A stretch of DNA of 62,571 nt, the filler included, from Choristocarpus tenellus KU-1152 (taxonomy: Eukaryota; Protista; Phaeophyceae), in the NCBI GenBank assembly GCA_964200185.2. It is 11 parts of 11 records of this genome, joined end to end, with 100 filler letters (N's around TTAATTAATTAA, not from the genome) between each part and the next. Parts side by side here need not be neighbours in the genome. Positions count along the whole stretch, not along the records: positions 39,000 to 44,263 come from CAXNAD020011320.1; positions 44,364 to 49,421 come from CAXNAD020012010.1; positions 49,522 to 52,082 come from CAXNAD020026765.1; positions 52,183 to 56,187 come from CAXNAD020016705.1; 7 more parts are not named here. One strand, written 5' to 3'. Within the stretch, counting starts at the first letter, position 1; each line of letters starts with the position of its first letter. The notes under the pieces are model-generated. The model was not told the origin of the DNA. It saw nothing but the letters and a program-made list of their open reading frames with translations, and searched no databases. The translations under genes were made by a program, and so were the position numbers. This document shows positions 38,900-52,271 of this stretch, piece after piece.

Positions 38900-38999
38900 N
38901 NNNNNNNNNNNNNNNNNNNNNNNNNNNNNNNNNNNNNNNNNNNTTAATTAATTAANNNNNNNNNNNNNNNNNNNNNNNNNNNNNNNNNNNNNNNNNNNN

Positions 39000-39044
39000 T
39001 GAAAAACGGACGCCAACCCCCCCCCCCCCCAGATACTTTGACCC
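39000..39044. mobile_element. MITE end, subfamily C (GAAAAACGGACGC, poly-C, AGATACTTTGACCC)
   Basis: Same TIR; subterminal sequence shared with 59906-59959. Confidence 0.8.
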
Positions 39045-41049
39045 CCGCCTCAATTTTCGGAAGGATGTGTGGCATACCAATGGGACATCCCACACGTTAA
39101 GGATACTTGTATGGCGGCCACATCATCCCTTGCAACCCTGTACAAGGTCTACACGTTCACACCGTGCGATCTGGCTGACATACTCCTTCAGATTACAGAA
39201 CATGGCGATTCAGGAAATTGCAAAGTCCTCTGCGATGACTGTTGCCATCCTTTGAGGCATCCGAGTCTCGTGCCCTCTTACCTCCAGGCATTGCACCACT
39301 ACTGCACTGTTCTTAATCGGGTTGTTTGAGTCTGGACCCCAGACAGATTTCTGGGTCAAAGAATTGAGAAAGAAGGGTGACGATGGGATGAGGAAGCTGC
39401 TTGATCGACGGGGGGCCTTCATCCTAGTCATCCCAATAAAAACCGGTTTGACAATTTCACGAGGTTTTTGAACCCCGTCAAATGTGACCTGGTCGATCTT
39501 GCACTGATGTTCCTCCACAGTCATGACAGCCCACCATCTCAAACTTTGCACGCCTCCCAATCTACATGAGAACTAAGCCTCGTCCAGGCGGTTTATCACA
39601 TGGGTCGTTCTAGTCTGTTTGACATCAGACCTCTATTCATGGAAATCTGATTTTGAAGACCCAATTCCGCATATCGCATAAGCAAAATGTATTCGTATAC
39701 CTGTACTATCCTATTTGTGACCTACCACAAGAACACCAGACCAAGATCAGGTGGAAACTTTGAGGCAGGTCCGGCACAAGATTCAAGGGAGGAGATGTAT
39801 CGACAAGTAGTAGGAATACTGAACCCAAAGTATGAGAAGCAAGGCATGAACAGAGTCAATACAAAACTAGTCAAAGTGCAACAGTTAGTACGAAAAGTAG
39901 TGCAGTGTGTGGTACCTCTGGCCACGTGTAAGGATCATCCCCCGACTGATAATGTGATGCAAATAATTATGAATAGATAGGCCCCTCTGGGAAGGAACGG
40001 ACCCCTCAGGGGTTGTGCGTGTACGACAGAGGGGCAGGGGAGTGGAGGTATTGTGATGGAGCGCCTTGTGTCTTGGCACATGAGGGAGCTATTATGTTGA
40101 GATCAAGTTGCTGTGTCAATGTCTGATCCACATACAAACTATATATTTTTCTTCTACTATCGACGAGGTTGAGAGTCAGTACTGGTAACATGAAGACAGA
40201 CAGACAGACAGATGGACAGGCGGATGGATTGACGGACATGAAATAGCTGGTTTTATACAGTACGTACAAGCAAGAAGTAAAAAACAGGTCTATAGAGACG
40301 GTGCTCCCAAGTTAAATATTTTTTCAGGATTTTTGATATTTGGAACAAGTATGCGCATGCGCACGGGCGAATCAGCACACTAGGGCGAGAGTCGGCACTA
40401 GTAACGTACAGTTAGACGGATGGACAGATAGGAGGGATTGCTTGATTTTATATTCATTGGACGTGTGCGAGAGGGACCTAGAAAGGTTTGTACGAACCAA
40501 TCGGGTACTAACAATTATTGTCTGGGGATTATCTCTACCCCTTGTGATAGGAACTACACACACACACACACACCGTACTTCTCATACTAAGTACTATTAC
40601 TGAGTAAATTTTAACACTACGACTATAATTGTACAGCAGCTTCCATTCTTGGATTGCTTCTCACACGTTGGTTCAACACTTCCACCCCTCATTCCTCTAT
40701 CTCCTCGGTCGAATATTCTGCTGGACTGGTCCCGAAGTTTCTACCTTCATCTTGGTTCGGCTTTTTTGAAGTATAGGTACATACTAAAGTTACTGACAGG
40801 ATACTAGTATTAATGTTAATAGTGCAAGTGTGCAATTCGTTAACCTTTTCACATGGTATAGGATCCTTGAAACAAGATTTCTGGATATAGAAGTTTGGTA
40901 TTACAAGGATTCGAACCCTTTGAACTTCTATGGTGGGTATCTTCTCCAAAGACTCAGTAACGTTTTCAGTTACAACACCACTGCAACATTACATTAGTAG
41001 TAGTAGTAGTACTACTACTAACAGCAGGAACACCAGCAGTGGTAGTAAT

Positions 41050-41265
41050 AGTACCAGTAGTACCGGTAGTACGTAGTACCAGTAGTAGTAGCAGTACCAG
41101 TAGTACCGGTAGTACGTAGTACCAGTAGTATTAGCAGTACCGGTAGTACCGGTAGTACGTAGTACCAGTAGTAGTAGCAGTACCAGTAGTACCGGTAGTA
41201 CGTAGTACCTGTAGTATTAGCAGTACCAGTAGTAGTAGCGCTACCAATAGTACGTAGTACCTGTA
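41050..41265 (+). repeat. 43-bp higher-order tandem repeat x about 5, built from AGT/AGTACC subunits
   Basis: Unit AGTACCAGTAGTACCGGTAGTACGTAGTACCAGTAGTAGTAGC starts at 41050, 41093, 41136, 41179 and 41222. Confidence 0.9.
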
Positions 41266-44200
41266 CTACAAGAAGTAGTATTCAGTGTTCTACAATTCTA
41301 CTTTTTCATATTTTCTCTTTTCAATGTGGAAAAAAAAATGTTTGCCATATTTCTGACATACACATATTTTATAAGCACAACACTACCATTTCGAGCCAGC
41401 TCAGGAGTAGTATTAGTAGTTGCAGTAGATTAATACCCTATCACTTTCATCAGGTGTTGGTTTGGGTTGGGTTCAGATGTATTCCCTTAGGCTTGCGAGG
41501 CATTGGTTGGCCCTTGCTGTGGTTGTCTTCATCGGTTTCCCCAATCCCGGCTTTGGATTCGTGACTCCAACCTTATCACGATGGTTAGATGCACCACGGA
41601 CTAGGTGATCATGTTGCCTCCAGTTTCCCAATGCTCCACGGATCACGTGTTCCACCCACCGCTTACACTCATCCCCTCCCACCTCTCCCTGCGCTTTAAC
41701 TTGCTTAACTTATCGTGCACTATCATTACTCCCGTTCACGCATCACAGAGAGGGACTACAGATCTCGAAAAAGGGCGTATCCGTAACAATGAGGGCCAAC
41801 AGGAGAGCGAGGCGATTTTCACCTGAAAAAGGGAAGGGTGGGTCACCCAAGAACAAGCCATCGAGTTCGGGTTCAGATGCTAAGTGGCTGCAGGTACAAT
41901 ATTGATCAGGCTACATAATTTGGCGGCGACACTGGAAAAGGGATACGGCTTGTTTACTGACTCAGCCCAAATGTACACAAGTGTGCAGTGGTCCGATATT
42001 TCCTCTCACCCGGGAAAAGAAGATGGGTTTCCTAGTAAGCTCACGAAGGAAGCATAGGGTGGTGGAGAGTTGCATGTATTGTTGCTGAATTGCAATGAGA
42101 GCTTCCACTTCTGGAAAGAATAGAGTTGGTTTATTTTCGGTGTTGGAGTGAGGAAGTCTGCTCCCAATTCCTCAAGAAATTCGTTCCCCTTGATCTGTAT
42201 CTTAAGTGCCAGCTCTTTCCTTACCTCCTGATCGACTCCTACTGCGCAGGTCCTCAGTAGCGAGCCGGACCTGAAGCCCAGCGCGTCCATGGTAAGATCG
42301 GCAATTCTCATTTCCTTGTCGGAGTCGAAGCGGAGGCCTTGCCAGCTTTTTGATCATGAAGAAACCCAATCCTCGAAGTTGAATGCTATAGGTCGCCTGT
42401 GGAGGGTGATATCACTGTCGGTCTAGCGTTGACCTTCAGTTTTGGTTTGAAAAGTTTCTTAAAATGTGACTCACCCACTTGTTCATACTGAAGATGTTCA
42501 CATTTGTTTGAGTGGATAAAGGTTCATGCAGTGATCGCAGAGCTGTTTATGGATAGTGCCGCCCTGTCAAATCTGTTCCTTGGTTCATGATGATTTCTGA
42601 CTGATTTTTATCTCATTAGTACAATTGAAAATAGAGTTCTAAGTTTACAGGGTATGTCTAAGTATCCTCGCACCAATGTATTTCTGCGTAGGCGAGTCAG
42701 TTGCTGCAAATGTTGGGATGCGGACAAGAATTTAAGTAGTCTATCTAATTGCTGGGTTCATTGTGTGCAGCTAACCCGTCTACCCCCCATACACATATTT
42801 TTGAAGTGTGTATGTGTAACACGCACCTGTGATGAGTTCAAAGGTAGCTTAGTAGAGTAGGTTCGGGCAACCATCAAAATGAGCTGACCTGTACATACCT
42901 TTAATGCCCATGCACAATTTATCTTATCAGAGCAAGGCAGGCATATTTCCTGCGAGCCCTTATCCCCACCCATCGATACGTCTCAAAAGATTAAAAATAG
43001 TACAAGACCTTGCCCTGGTTTACCTTACAGAGATGAGGTACTTCAGTAACAGTGTCAAGTCCAAAATGAGAACCCCGGGTTGTTTTGTATATATATATAT
43101 ATATATTATCCTTGGCTGGCGCTGAACTTGCAGGTGGTCTCAGGCAAGTACAAGGGGGACGAGCTGTACTTTTCATTGGCACGTCAAGGTGGGAGAATAT
43201 TTGCAGTGTCTGAAGCTTGTGGCAGGTGCAAGTTTCCAATGGTGAGCAAAAGGGAGGTGACGCAAACTAACAGTTTCAAATGACAGTTACAAGGACAGTT
43301 ACACCTCTGAACTTGCAACTTGCTTGAGGCGATCCATCCTCACACGGCAGCAGTTGTTCCTTACGCACATTGAATGCAAGGTTCAACCATTCGTACTTTG
43401 CTTCAATATTTTCGAGGTTTTTGGTGGGGGTCAGGGGCCACACCCAGGGTCTCTTGTGTGCAATTAAGCCAAGCCTAATATTGGTGATGAGCCATGGATT
43501 GTAGCTGGGATACTATACACGTTAATATTGTAGCATTCTTGAAAGGAGTGACATGCGTGAGCAGCACTATGTTACAGTTCAACAATATAAGGATGTTGGT
43601 ACTGAGGCAAGTAAAATAATAATATGAGAAAATAGAACCCCTCCCCCCTCCTTCCCTTGCCCTGCTTCGTACCAGATCAATGGAAAGGTGACTGTTGAGA
43701 GTGAGCCTGGAGGGGGGGGTGAGTTGGTTGATGGAGAGGACCCGGAAGCAGTGGTTTCCATCTCCTGCCCACTCTGTGGAGCTAAATTTGACATGAGTAC
43801 AGGTGACATATGCTGCTGATAGGTGCCTTGTCATGTAGAACCAACCAGGTATGAGGCATGGTCATGTGTACTACAACTGTAGCATGATTCCATGCTGATT
43901 TTTCAAGCACGAATGCAGTTTCTGAGGGCACTGTTCTTGTACTGGTAAACTCCAGTAACTACCTACTCTGGAATGGATGATATTTTGATGGACTAGGACA
44001 GGCTGTAACCCCTCCGATGAGGCTTGTTTGTAATATTTCAAAACTTTTGGTCGGAAGGATTTACTCTTGCATTCTTTTGAGTTTTGTCGTGAAAGTTTTG
44101 CTCTCTCTCTCTCTCTCTCTCTCTTGTCATTGTTCATGTCTTGCACTATTCAGTCAAGGTAGATGGTTCAGTCGATCAAGATTCCTACTGTTTAAAAAAA

Positions 44201-44363
44201 AAAGAGGAAAAGAGAGCAAGGCGACTTTCCAAATTCACCTTTTCGCATGCTTTGGTGCCCCCCNNNNNNNNNNNNNNNNNNNNNNNNNNNNNNNNNNNNN
44301 NNNNNNNTTAATTAATTAANNNNNNNNNNNNNNNNNNNNNNNNNNNNNNNNNNNNNNNNNNNN

Positions 44364-44405
44364 CCAAATGGACAGCCGCCACCCCCCCCCCAGATACTTT
44401 GAGCC
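44364..44405. mobile_element. MITE subfamily A end at a contig edge
   Basis: CCAAATGGACAGCC, poly-C, AGATACTTTGAGCC. Confidence 0.85.
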
Positions 44406-44519
44406 ATCTACTCCAAAATGATTAGAGTATGCCACACACCAACATCTACTCCCATTTTTCCAATGTCTACTCTGCTCACTGACACTCTTGAATTCAAGAG
44501 TTGAACACACCTCACTCAC

Positions 44520-47187
44520 CAAAGGGCCTGCAATCTGGCGTCCACTGCTCGACCCAGCTTGTTCCTACCCAGTGGAGGTTTGTACACCATTTCTTGTGGG
44601 GGCTCATAGACTGCTTCCCCAGTTTTCCAGTTTGCATAGTAAACCCTCCCATAGTCATCCGTCATTTCCTCCCACTAATACAGGATAAAGAGTCAATGAG
44701 GTAAAAACATTTGGTGTAGCAGGCATGCTGTAAGTACGTCCTTGCACATCAAAGTCGACAAAAAAAGATGAACACAAGCAGTCGACAAAAAAAGGTGGAC
44801 AGAAGCAATCGACAAAAAAAGGTGGACACAAGCACTTGACAAAAAAAATGTGGACACAAGCATCCCTTTGCTTTGAAGGCAAACAAAAAGGAAACAGAGT
44901 CTTGGCTTTGGAACCAGGGAATACAGAGAGAGGACTGGACTAGATTCGTGATTTGAAAGGGCTAGGGAAGAGACAGGGCAAGGCTTGAGGGATGGAAATG
45001 TCATCTCTGGTGGGCATGCGTAGAACCCTCAGAAAAAAATCCTGGAAAATAGAAATTGTTAACATTTCAGAGTCTGGAATCTAACGGGAATACTGAACTC
45101 TGTCGCTCTGAGGGTCTCAGACAGAACTCTTGTTCTCCACCTCAAACAATGCTTACTGATAGGCAGTCAGCACAGCAAGTCTTCCAATCAGACTCGGTGT
45201 GAGAAGAGGAAAACTAGAAAACCCACCATTGCTGCAGCAGCCACACCAGCCCTGATTGTTTCAGCGAGATCCCTCTCAGTTTCAACTTTCTCCAGGAGGG
45301 TAACACGGTCTTGGTGTTCCTCAGGTGATATTGTTCTGTACTTCTTGAGCATGGTGGGCATTAACCACCCTTTCGGCCACAAGTCTGCCAGATCCCTAGT
45401 ATTCATGTTTGAAGTGACAGGGGAACATGAAATAATATACGTAGTATGTATATATATATGTATATAGAGTCGAAGTATCTTAGAGGGTAGAGCTGCGTCC
45501 ATTTGGAGGCCGAAATCCAATGTTGCAATTTTGATGTAATTTTGACTATCATGTTTGTTAGGAGATGTCAATATCCTTGTTCTGGACACACCTTTTCATA
45601 ACGTATACATTTTACATACTCCAAAACAGTTTGGAATAGGTAAAATACCAATAACAATCCGTAGGAAGCCAAGCCCAATATCGACAAACAGGGAAAAGGT
45701 CGTACCCTCTAAGATACATTCACTCATATATGTTTGTGTCTTCCCTATGAATGCTAGAAAGAGGTGTGTGGACCCAGGTGAAGTCTTGCAAAGCCGAGGA
45801 GAAGCCACAATAGATTGCTTGGAGCAAAGCTCAAAGGAGCAGCAAGCCAATGTTGCTATGGTGGACATTGCCCTGGGAGTATCAAGTCATGAGGCTGAGA
45901 GGTCGACATTTAACCAACTACAAGTGATAATACAGTACACACACAAAGGCCTCCAGAGTACCGCAATTCGTTCATTTTGTGGATCCCAAGGCTGTTGCCA
46001 CACAGTCTCCCTCCCATCAATTCGGGATTTACCTACAGGTTGGAGGTGGATTTTTTGATACATGGAGGAAAGAAATTTGGTCTCTTTTCTGCATAGAATC
46101 TTTCGGGGATAGGAGAAGGAGACGCTGGCAGGAAGCTTGGATAAGAAAATGTGATTCTGTGTATACCAAAAGAAAAGGGAACACTTATGTTTCTACTGTT
46201 TATGTGTAGCAGAACGGAAACATTAAATTACACAGCTTAGCTACCTTACTGACAAGTGAATAAGGTTAGTTGATCCTGTTCATTCTTCTCCCTGGTCAAT
46301 TTCAAGCACCTTGCTGCTACTTACTCTGTAGGCAGTCCAGCCTTTGGTGCCATTTGCATTAACTCCTATCCTGAATATACAATCGAGTATAGAAAGCAGC
46401 AACTGAGGCTTCACAACACCATGTCAAAGCTTTGCATCATGATACAACTGGAGGGGTCATGAGCAAGGGGGAGAGAAGAACAACAACACTCATTCCAACA
46501 GAATAGGATGCACTGCAGGGTGAATGTATCCCATCTATCCTATATGACATGGCTTATTCAATAGGCTGCGAGGGTACTTTCGCATCTTGCCCCATAATCC
46601 TAATCTTGGTACTCAACGTGATGTTAGGCAACTACAGTGCTTTGAAGTATCAGACCCAAAGCATCTGGGAGGGGGGGGGGGTTCTACACCAGGGTGTCCA
46701 TTTTGACCAAAACCGGNNNNNNNNNNAAAGAACCAAATTGATTTTAAATTTCACGCCCAAATAATTAGGGAAGGAAGAAGAAATTCTACACCAGGGTGTC
46801 CATTTGGACCAAAACCGGGAAAGTGCATTTACATTATCCATCCGACGTATGCAACCATATCACCCAAAAATCGTGATATGAAAAAAATTGACCCCAAGTG
46901 GACAGCCGTCACCCCCTCCCAGATACTTTGAGCCATGACAAACACCCTAACCCTAACCGTGAAAGTAAGCTATTAGCTGCAATGGTACACCTGCGATCAG
47001 ATTCTCTCAGTGCCTTCTCCTCCAGCAGGCCAGCCATCGCTATTGATAGATCCAGTACAAGCGGCTGACGAACAGCATCAACACGCTCCTGCACTGCCTA
47101 CAGACCAGACCACCATACATAAACAACACAAGGCGTACTTATTGAGAAATGTATTGATTCAGTAGAACTGACAGTAGTAGTGATATG

Positions 47188-47222
<35 letters not shown>

Positions 47223-49158
47223 TGATTGATTGATTGATTGATTAAAAAAAATTATGTACTACTCCGACTTCTCAACAATACCATCTGGGAGGGGGGGTGT
47301 TGATTCCCAGTAGGTACTACTACAAGTCACTTTGGGGGAGGTGCATGAGCATTAGGACTTCAGTTCGTTCAAATTTGGTACTGATTATGGTACCTACCTG
47401 GGTATCATTAGTATCTACCCCTCTGAGATGTAGGATCAGGAAATCCACATCAAATCTTGGGTTAGGGTTAGAGCCTAGACTAAGGGGGTTCAAGGAAACT
47501 GTGCTGAGTACTCTTTCTTCCTGGGGGTTCAAATGCTCACACGGAGCATGTTGTCCTGGAAATAAAATAAAAGAAGCAAACTACATGTGTTCTCAACACT
47601 GCTCAAGGAATTCTCCTTTCGGAAAAAACACACTGAGAAACATCTGAGAAACATCCTAGCACAATACTGGTGTGAAGAGACAGTTCTTGAAAGGAAAGGA
47701 TTATCAGAAGTGAAAATCCGGCACCAGCAAGGTCAACTACCATACTTTCACTTACATGACATCGTTCAAAAGTCTAAACTATAAGAATAATCTCAAGCAA
47801 TGTTTGCAATGGGTATCAGCAAGAGTCAGCCCAGTGCAGTTCCAACTAATACTCCACCCTTTTCACTGGCGTACCTCTTCAAAGCTCTTCTCCAATTTGT
47901 CCGCTCCCTCTTTTGTCACTTCATAGTTTTGGAGGGCAGTCTGCAACTCCTTGGTCAGGCGTTGTATCTCCATTCCACGACTTTCCACCTCCTGTTTTAG
48001 CTGGACTATTTTTCTTGTAGCTGCACTCACCATCTGAGTCGATCTGATCACAACTGGAGTCTGCTCTTCAACCTGTAAAAGGTCAGGTGTATCCAATAAG
48101 AAAACCCAGCGTTAAGTCTCTGATCTAGGAGAGATTGACTTCACCTGTCTTCGTTTGAAATTCCGGTCTATCTTGAATATCATTGGTGCCATAAATTCAA
48201 CACTATAGCATTTGTGTAAAACTATCACACGCAGAGCATTCTTCATGGAAAATGCACCATACATCATCACTGCTAGAAATAAGATAAAAACAAGAAATGG
48301 ACTACTATGGTTAAAGTTGGTATTGCAATCTTTCCCTGATCTTCCTCTCATAACTGTACCCCACCTTGTCTACCCTCAAGGCAATTCCATCCATAGAGAT
48401 GGACATTGTGCTACAGGCCTCGATGATATTTGTTCCGCAGGTCTCCCAAGCCACCCGCTTCTCTCTCAAGTTGGCAGCCTCTGCCCTGCATCGAACAGCA
48501 GCAAAGTCAAACTGATCGATACATTCAATACATTCAATACATTCAATACATTCAATACATTCAGCATCTGTAGAGTCAAGTCTGCTTGCAAGCTGCAAAA
48601 ACCAAACCTTTTGTGTAGGCTTGGCTTTTGCCATCTACTTTGGGGCTAACCTCAATACTTTCTAATATACCAAGTCATGCTCAGATTGGTATAGGAGAGG
48701 TGGTGAACATCAGAGGTATCCTACTGAGTACCTGCTCTGTTTGGCATGGAAACACATTCAACCAATGTAAGTGCTGCTCTTATGCTATGTCCCCTCCATG
48801 TTCATAAATAGGGCACGTGGGCACTCCCCTTAGACTATGGGCACATCTGATATCCTTTCAAAGTTTAAGCCATGATTTTTCAGTCCTCTCACACATACTT
48901 TAACGTCCTACTATCCCCCTGATTGGTCAACCCTGTCCCACCGACTTGCTGTAGGGATACTTCCAAAAAGAGGTTAAATACCACAACTCTCTCACCTAGA
49001 AGAATTCAGATCAATCTCCTTTTTCTTAATCTTGACCTCAAGCTCTTTCGCCTTCTTGGTATCTCGCTCCTGTTCCTTCTTGCCTCTCTCCATTTCATCC
49101 ACCTTTTGCATTATCTCGGCCACCTCCAGGATACGAGGCTTATCATAATCAGACTCGC
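44520..49158 (-). CDS. Coiled-coil protein with a WW domain, partial at both ends. Exons approx. 48996-49158, 48365-48485, 47875-48072, 46991-47097, 45227-45395, 44520-44674
   Basis: Six phase-consistent GT-AG exons; E/K/Q heptad-rich stretches; the last exon reads WEEMTDDYGRVYYANWKTGEAVYEPP, a WW-domain pattern with Y in place of the second W. Confidence 0.8.
44754..44862 (+). repeat. 27-bp intronic minisatellite x4 (GTCGACAAAAAAAGGTGGACACAAGCA)
   Basis: Four tandem imperfect units. Confidence 0.9.
45467..45725 (+). mobile_element. MITE subfamily B, complete, intronic
   Basis: GAGTCGAAGTATCTTAGAGGGTA ... TACCCTCTAAGATACATTCACTC; inserted in a TA-rich tract, apparent TSD ATA (length ambiguous). 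Confidence 0.92.
46653..46934 (-). mobile_element. MITE subfamily A spanning a 10-N gap, intronic
   Basis: GACCCAAAGCATCT ... AGATACTTTGAGCC; an internal segment is duplicated across the gap (probable assembly artefact); flanks ATCA/ATGA. Confidence 0.82.
48520..48563. repeat. (ACATTCAAT)x about 5, intronic 9-bp repeat
   Basis: Read directly; lies in the intron just before the 48485 acceptor of the minus-strand gene. Confidence 0.9.
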
Positions 49159-49366
49159 CTGTCGAGAAAAAAGAATAGTAATGAGACGGATCAAGAATTG
49201 TTGACACTCGTGATGTTTCCACCAAAGAAAATTCTGAAGAAAAAAAGAAACTTCTCATCGCGTCACATGCATGTCGTGACATTGAAAGTTCCAGGAGAAC
49301 TTTCTAGTCTACCTCAACATCCTGTCTAAAGTTCAGGGTCAATAACTGTGCATACTTCAGACTATT

Positions 49367-49421
49367 GAGCCAAAGTATCTTAGAGGGTAGAGCCGCGTCC
49401 ATTTGGGGGTCAAAATACAAT
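49367..49421 (+). mobile_element. MITE subfamily B left end at a contig edge
   Basis: GAGCCAAAGTATCTTAGAGGGTAGAGCCGCGTCCATTTGGGGG. Confidence 0.88.
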
Positions 49422-51555
49422 NNNNNNNNNNNNNNNNNNNNNNNNNNNNNNNNNNNNNNNNNNNNTTAATTAATTAANNNNNNNNNNNNNNNNNNNNNNN
49501 NNNNNNNNNNNNNNNNNNNNNCCTGTTAACAGCACTACTAAGAGTAACCCCACAGTGCTCACCCAATGCCCACTGTTCACCCCCACTGAACCACATATTG
49601 CATTCCTTCCCCTCTTCATGTTTGCATTCCACCACATGCTACCAAATATATACTACTTAAATTGCACATCTATCACAGCAGCACATCATTAGCTAAGTTC
49701 ATACATTACAGCCCTAAGGTAAGAAAATGAAGTTCTGAGTAAGGAATAGATTTATGTGTTTAGTAAATGAACTATTTTTCCCGGTTGGGATTCTTTTCCC
49801 CTCCTCGTATTCAGGGCACCTCTTACATACTATTCAAAAATGTGACCAAAAATGGAAAATATGTGTTGAAAGAGCGAATTCTCTCGAGTTGTATGTGGTT
49901 CTCACATACTTGGGGATCCGAATAACACCAAGGAGAAAGTACTAGCGAATTAAGTCACCAGGAAATTGAACCAGAAATTGTTAAATGCTTGCTTAATGAG
50001 TGTATAATCTCGCACCATGAGTGGTTGTCACACATTTAGGTACGAAAATTGAGCTCAGCAAAGAAGTACCAGTACGTACGCCATAGTCAACCGACTTTGG
50101 CAAACACAGGTATGAGTGAATCTCAAGCTATACATGGTTGTTATGTAATTGGGTAACTCAAATGACATCAGGGAGGAGTGCCCCTACATAGATATTTCCT
50201 CCTTGATGCCAATTCAGGTGCCCGCAATGGGTCACAAACACATACAGCCTGAAGAAGTACACTTTACTATCTTCCATTTTGGGGCATAACTTCTCAGACG
50301 ACTGCACTAAAATAGACGAACTATTTAATTGAAGCAGAATCTTCTCAAGAGAATCTCACATCGTTGGTGACACCAGTTCTAATGAGCTCACCACTTTTAC
50401 TTAACATATTTTTGGTCATACATCAACTTTCGGCTGGGCTTTCCCACCACCAACCTTGAGCCTGCAAATGTACCCTACACCCACAAGTCCTTTCCAATGC
50501 TCCCATGGACCCTCCCGTTCTCTCAACACTTTCCGGCGTGACCCTTCCTGCCCCCCATTATCACCCCTTTCTCCTCCTCCCATCCGTTCTCTTTGTTTGC
50601 CCCCTCCAGGACAAGTCCCAGCACTGGTGGCAAGCCCTTGCACTTATTGGACTGAAAGAGTATGATCCAGGAGAAGTACACCAACGATCAGATCTCGAAC
50701 TTTACTATCTATCGGTGGGTGAGGGGATGAACGGGACTCAAGTGGTTCATGCAATAATCCTATACAAGTCTTATTTTTTACAACCTGGGTTTGATGTTCT
50801 TTTGGCGACCGCATCTAAAAGTCTTACCTTAAATTTTCGATCGTCCAGCACTACGCAAGGCTCAGCATTTTTCCAAGTCTTGAGAAAATTGAGACTTGGT
50901 TTCTTGTTAGGTCGGTGTTTACCACAGGGTTGGTACTGACAATTCCCTTGCCGTCTACGTGCATGGTATCCTGCAAGCCTTTGCTTGAGAGCTTAAGAAC
51001 GGCGTTGCATTACTCTAACATGCACGATGCACGAAACGAAACTTCCATTGCTAACATCCATCTCAAACAACTCCACCACATCCCTTGTTGTGTTGCCTGT
51101 TGATACATTGACTCATCCATGAACTACGAACCATCACAGTCAACGAAGCACTACCATGAAGCGATGAAACTTGGGTCATGAAATGGGATACCATGAAATA
51201 CTTTTACTCACCTACGCGTGTTCAACTCCGACATGACAGTGGCACCAGAACTACTCCCCACTTTTCCCCAAGGCCATTTCTCATTCCGCCTCACTCGTCC
51301 CTGTCTCTCAAGTATACCCCGTCTCACCTTCTACCATGTTGAATTTCATGTATTTATAAAACTCTAAAACTAATCTAATTCGGTGTTCTGTTTGTACAAT
51401 TTATTACTCACATACAAGAAGGATGGAACAGTCTGTCAAATATTGAGGTGGATTTGACTAAAACCAACAAATTATATATGTAATCACTCTGTAGTAGGTT
51501 GATAGTTAGTATTCAGAACTTCTGGCAAAGAGTGACGTAGAGTAGTTCAATTTAA

Positions 51556-51920
51556 CCCTAACCCATTTATCGCTATCGTGTTGCAGTAACATCTAGGATC
51601 AGACCAGTCTTGATTTTTTTGAAAAGGTTGCCCATCGAGTTAAACGACGACCAGCATATCGAATGAAAGGTTTTGATCTAAGGTATCGATTTCCGGAAAG
51701 GAATTATTTCGGAAAATTATATTGGTAAGGTTATATTTTAAACGAATGGTTTCGACACAACCTTGAAAATGTTTCGGAACGAACTATCACGACGGAAAAT
51801 AATCGATAGCCTAGATCCAGAGCTTTAATTTGATATGCTGATCGTCGATTAACTCGTTGGGCAGGTTTAAAAAAAATCAAGATTGATAACCCCCAAAACG
51901 GTACGTGGGCTAACCTCGGG
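51556..51920. mobile_element. Foldback element with about 85-bp internal inverted repeats; piggyBac-like MITE candidate
   Basis: Arms 51605-51691 and 51801-51885 are imperfect reverse complements; outer boundaries TTAA|CCC (51552-51558) and GGG|TTAA (51918-51924). Confidence 0.55.
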
Positions 51921-52182
51921 TTAATACTGTTTAAGCCACTCAGAGAACACTGTGACGCACAATGAGCTCCGAATCCGATAGAGATGGTCTGGGGGCGGGC
52001 AAAGCACTATGTACGAGGCCACTGTGACTACGCGCTGCCTGGAATGAGAGCCAAAATTCCTGTCTGTCTTAAGGAGGAAGGGNNNNNNNNNNNNNNNNNN
52101 NNNNNNNNNNNNNNNNNNNNNNNNNNTTAATTAATTAANNNNNNNNNNNNNNNNNNNNNNNNNNNNNNNNNNNNNNNNNNNN

Positions 52183-52197
52183 CAGATACTTCGGGCC
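52183..52197. mobile_element. MITE terminal fragment at a contig edge
   Basis: CAGATACTTCGGGCC immediately after the linker. Confidence 0.7.
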
Positions 52198-52271
52198 ATG
52201 CAATATAAACAGAATTAAAACCATCCTTCGAAACTCTTCTCTGCCAAGGTGACACCCTCTTCACAGAGGAT

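Noticed and set aside
48486-48570. ECIECIECI peptide repeat as a Cys-rich coding motif
   Set aside because: Phase analysis puts the acceptor at 48485, so the repeat is intronic.
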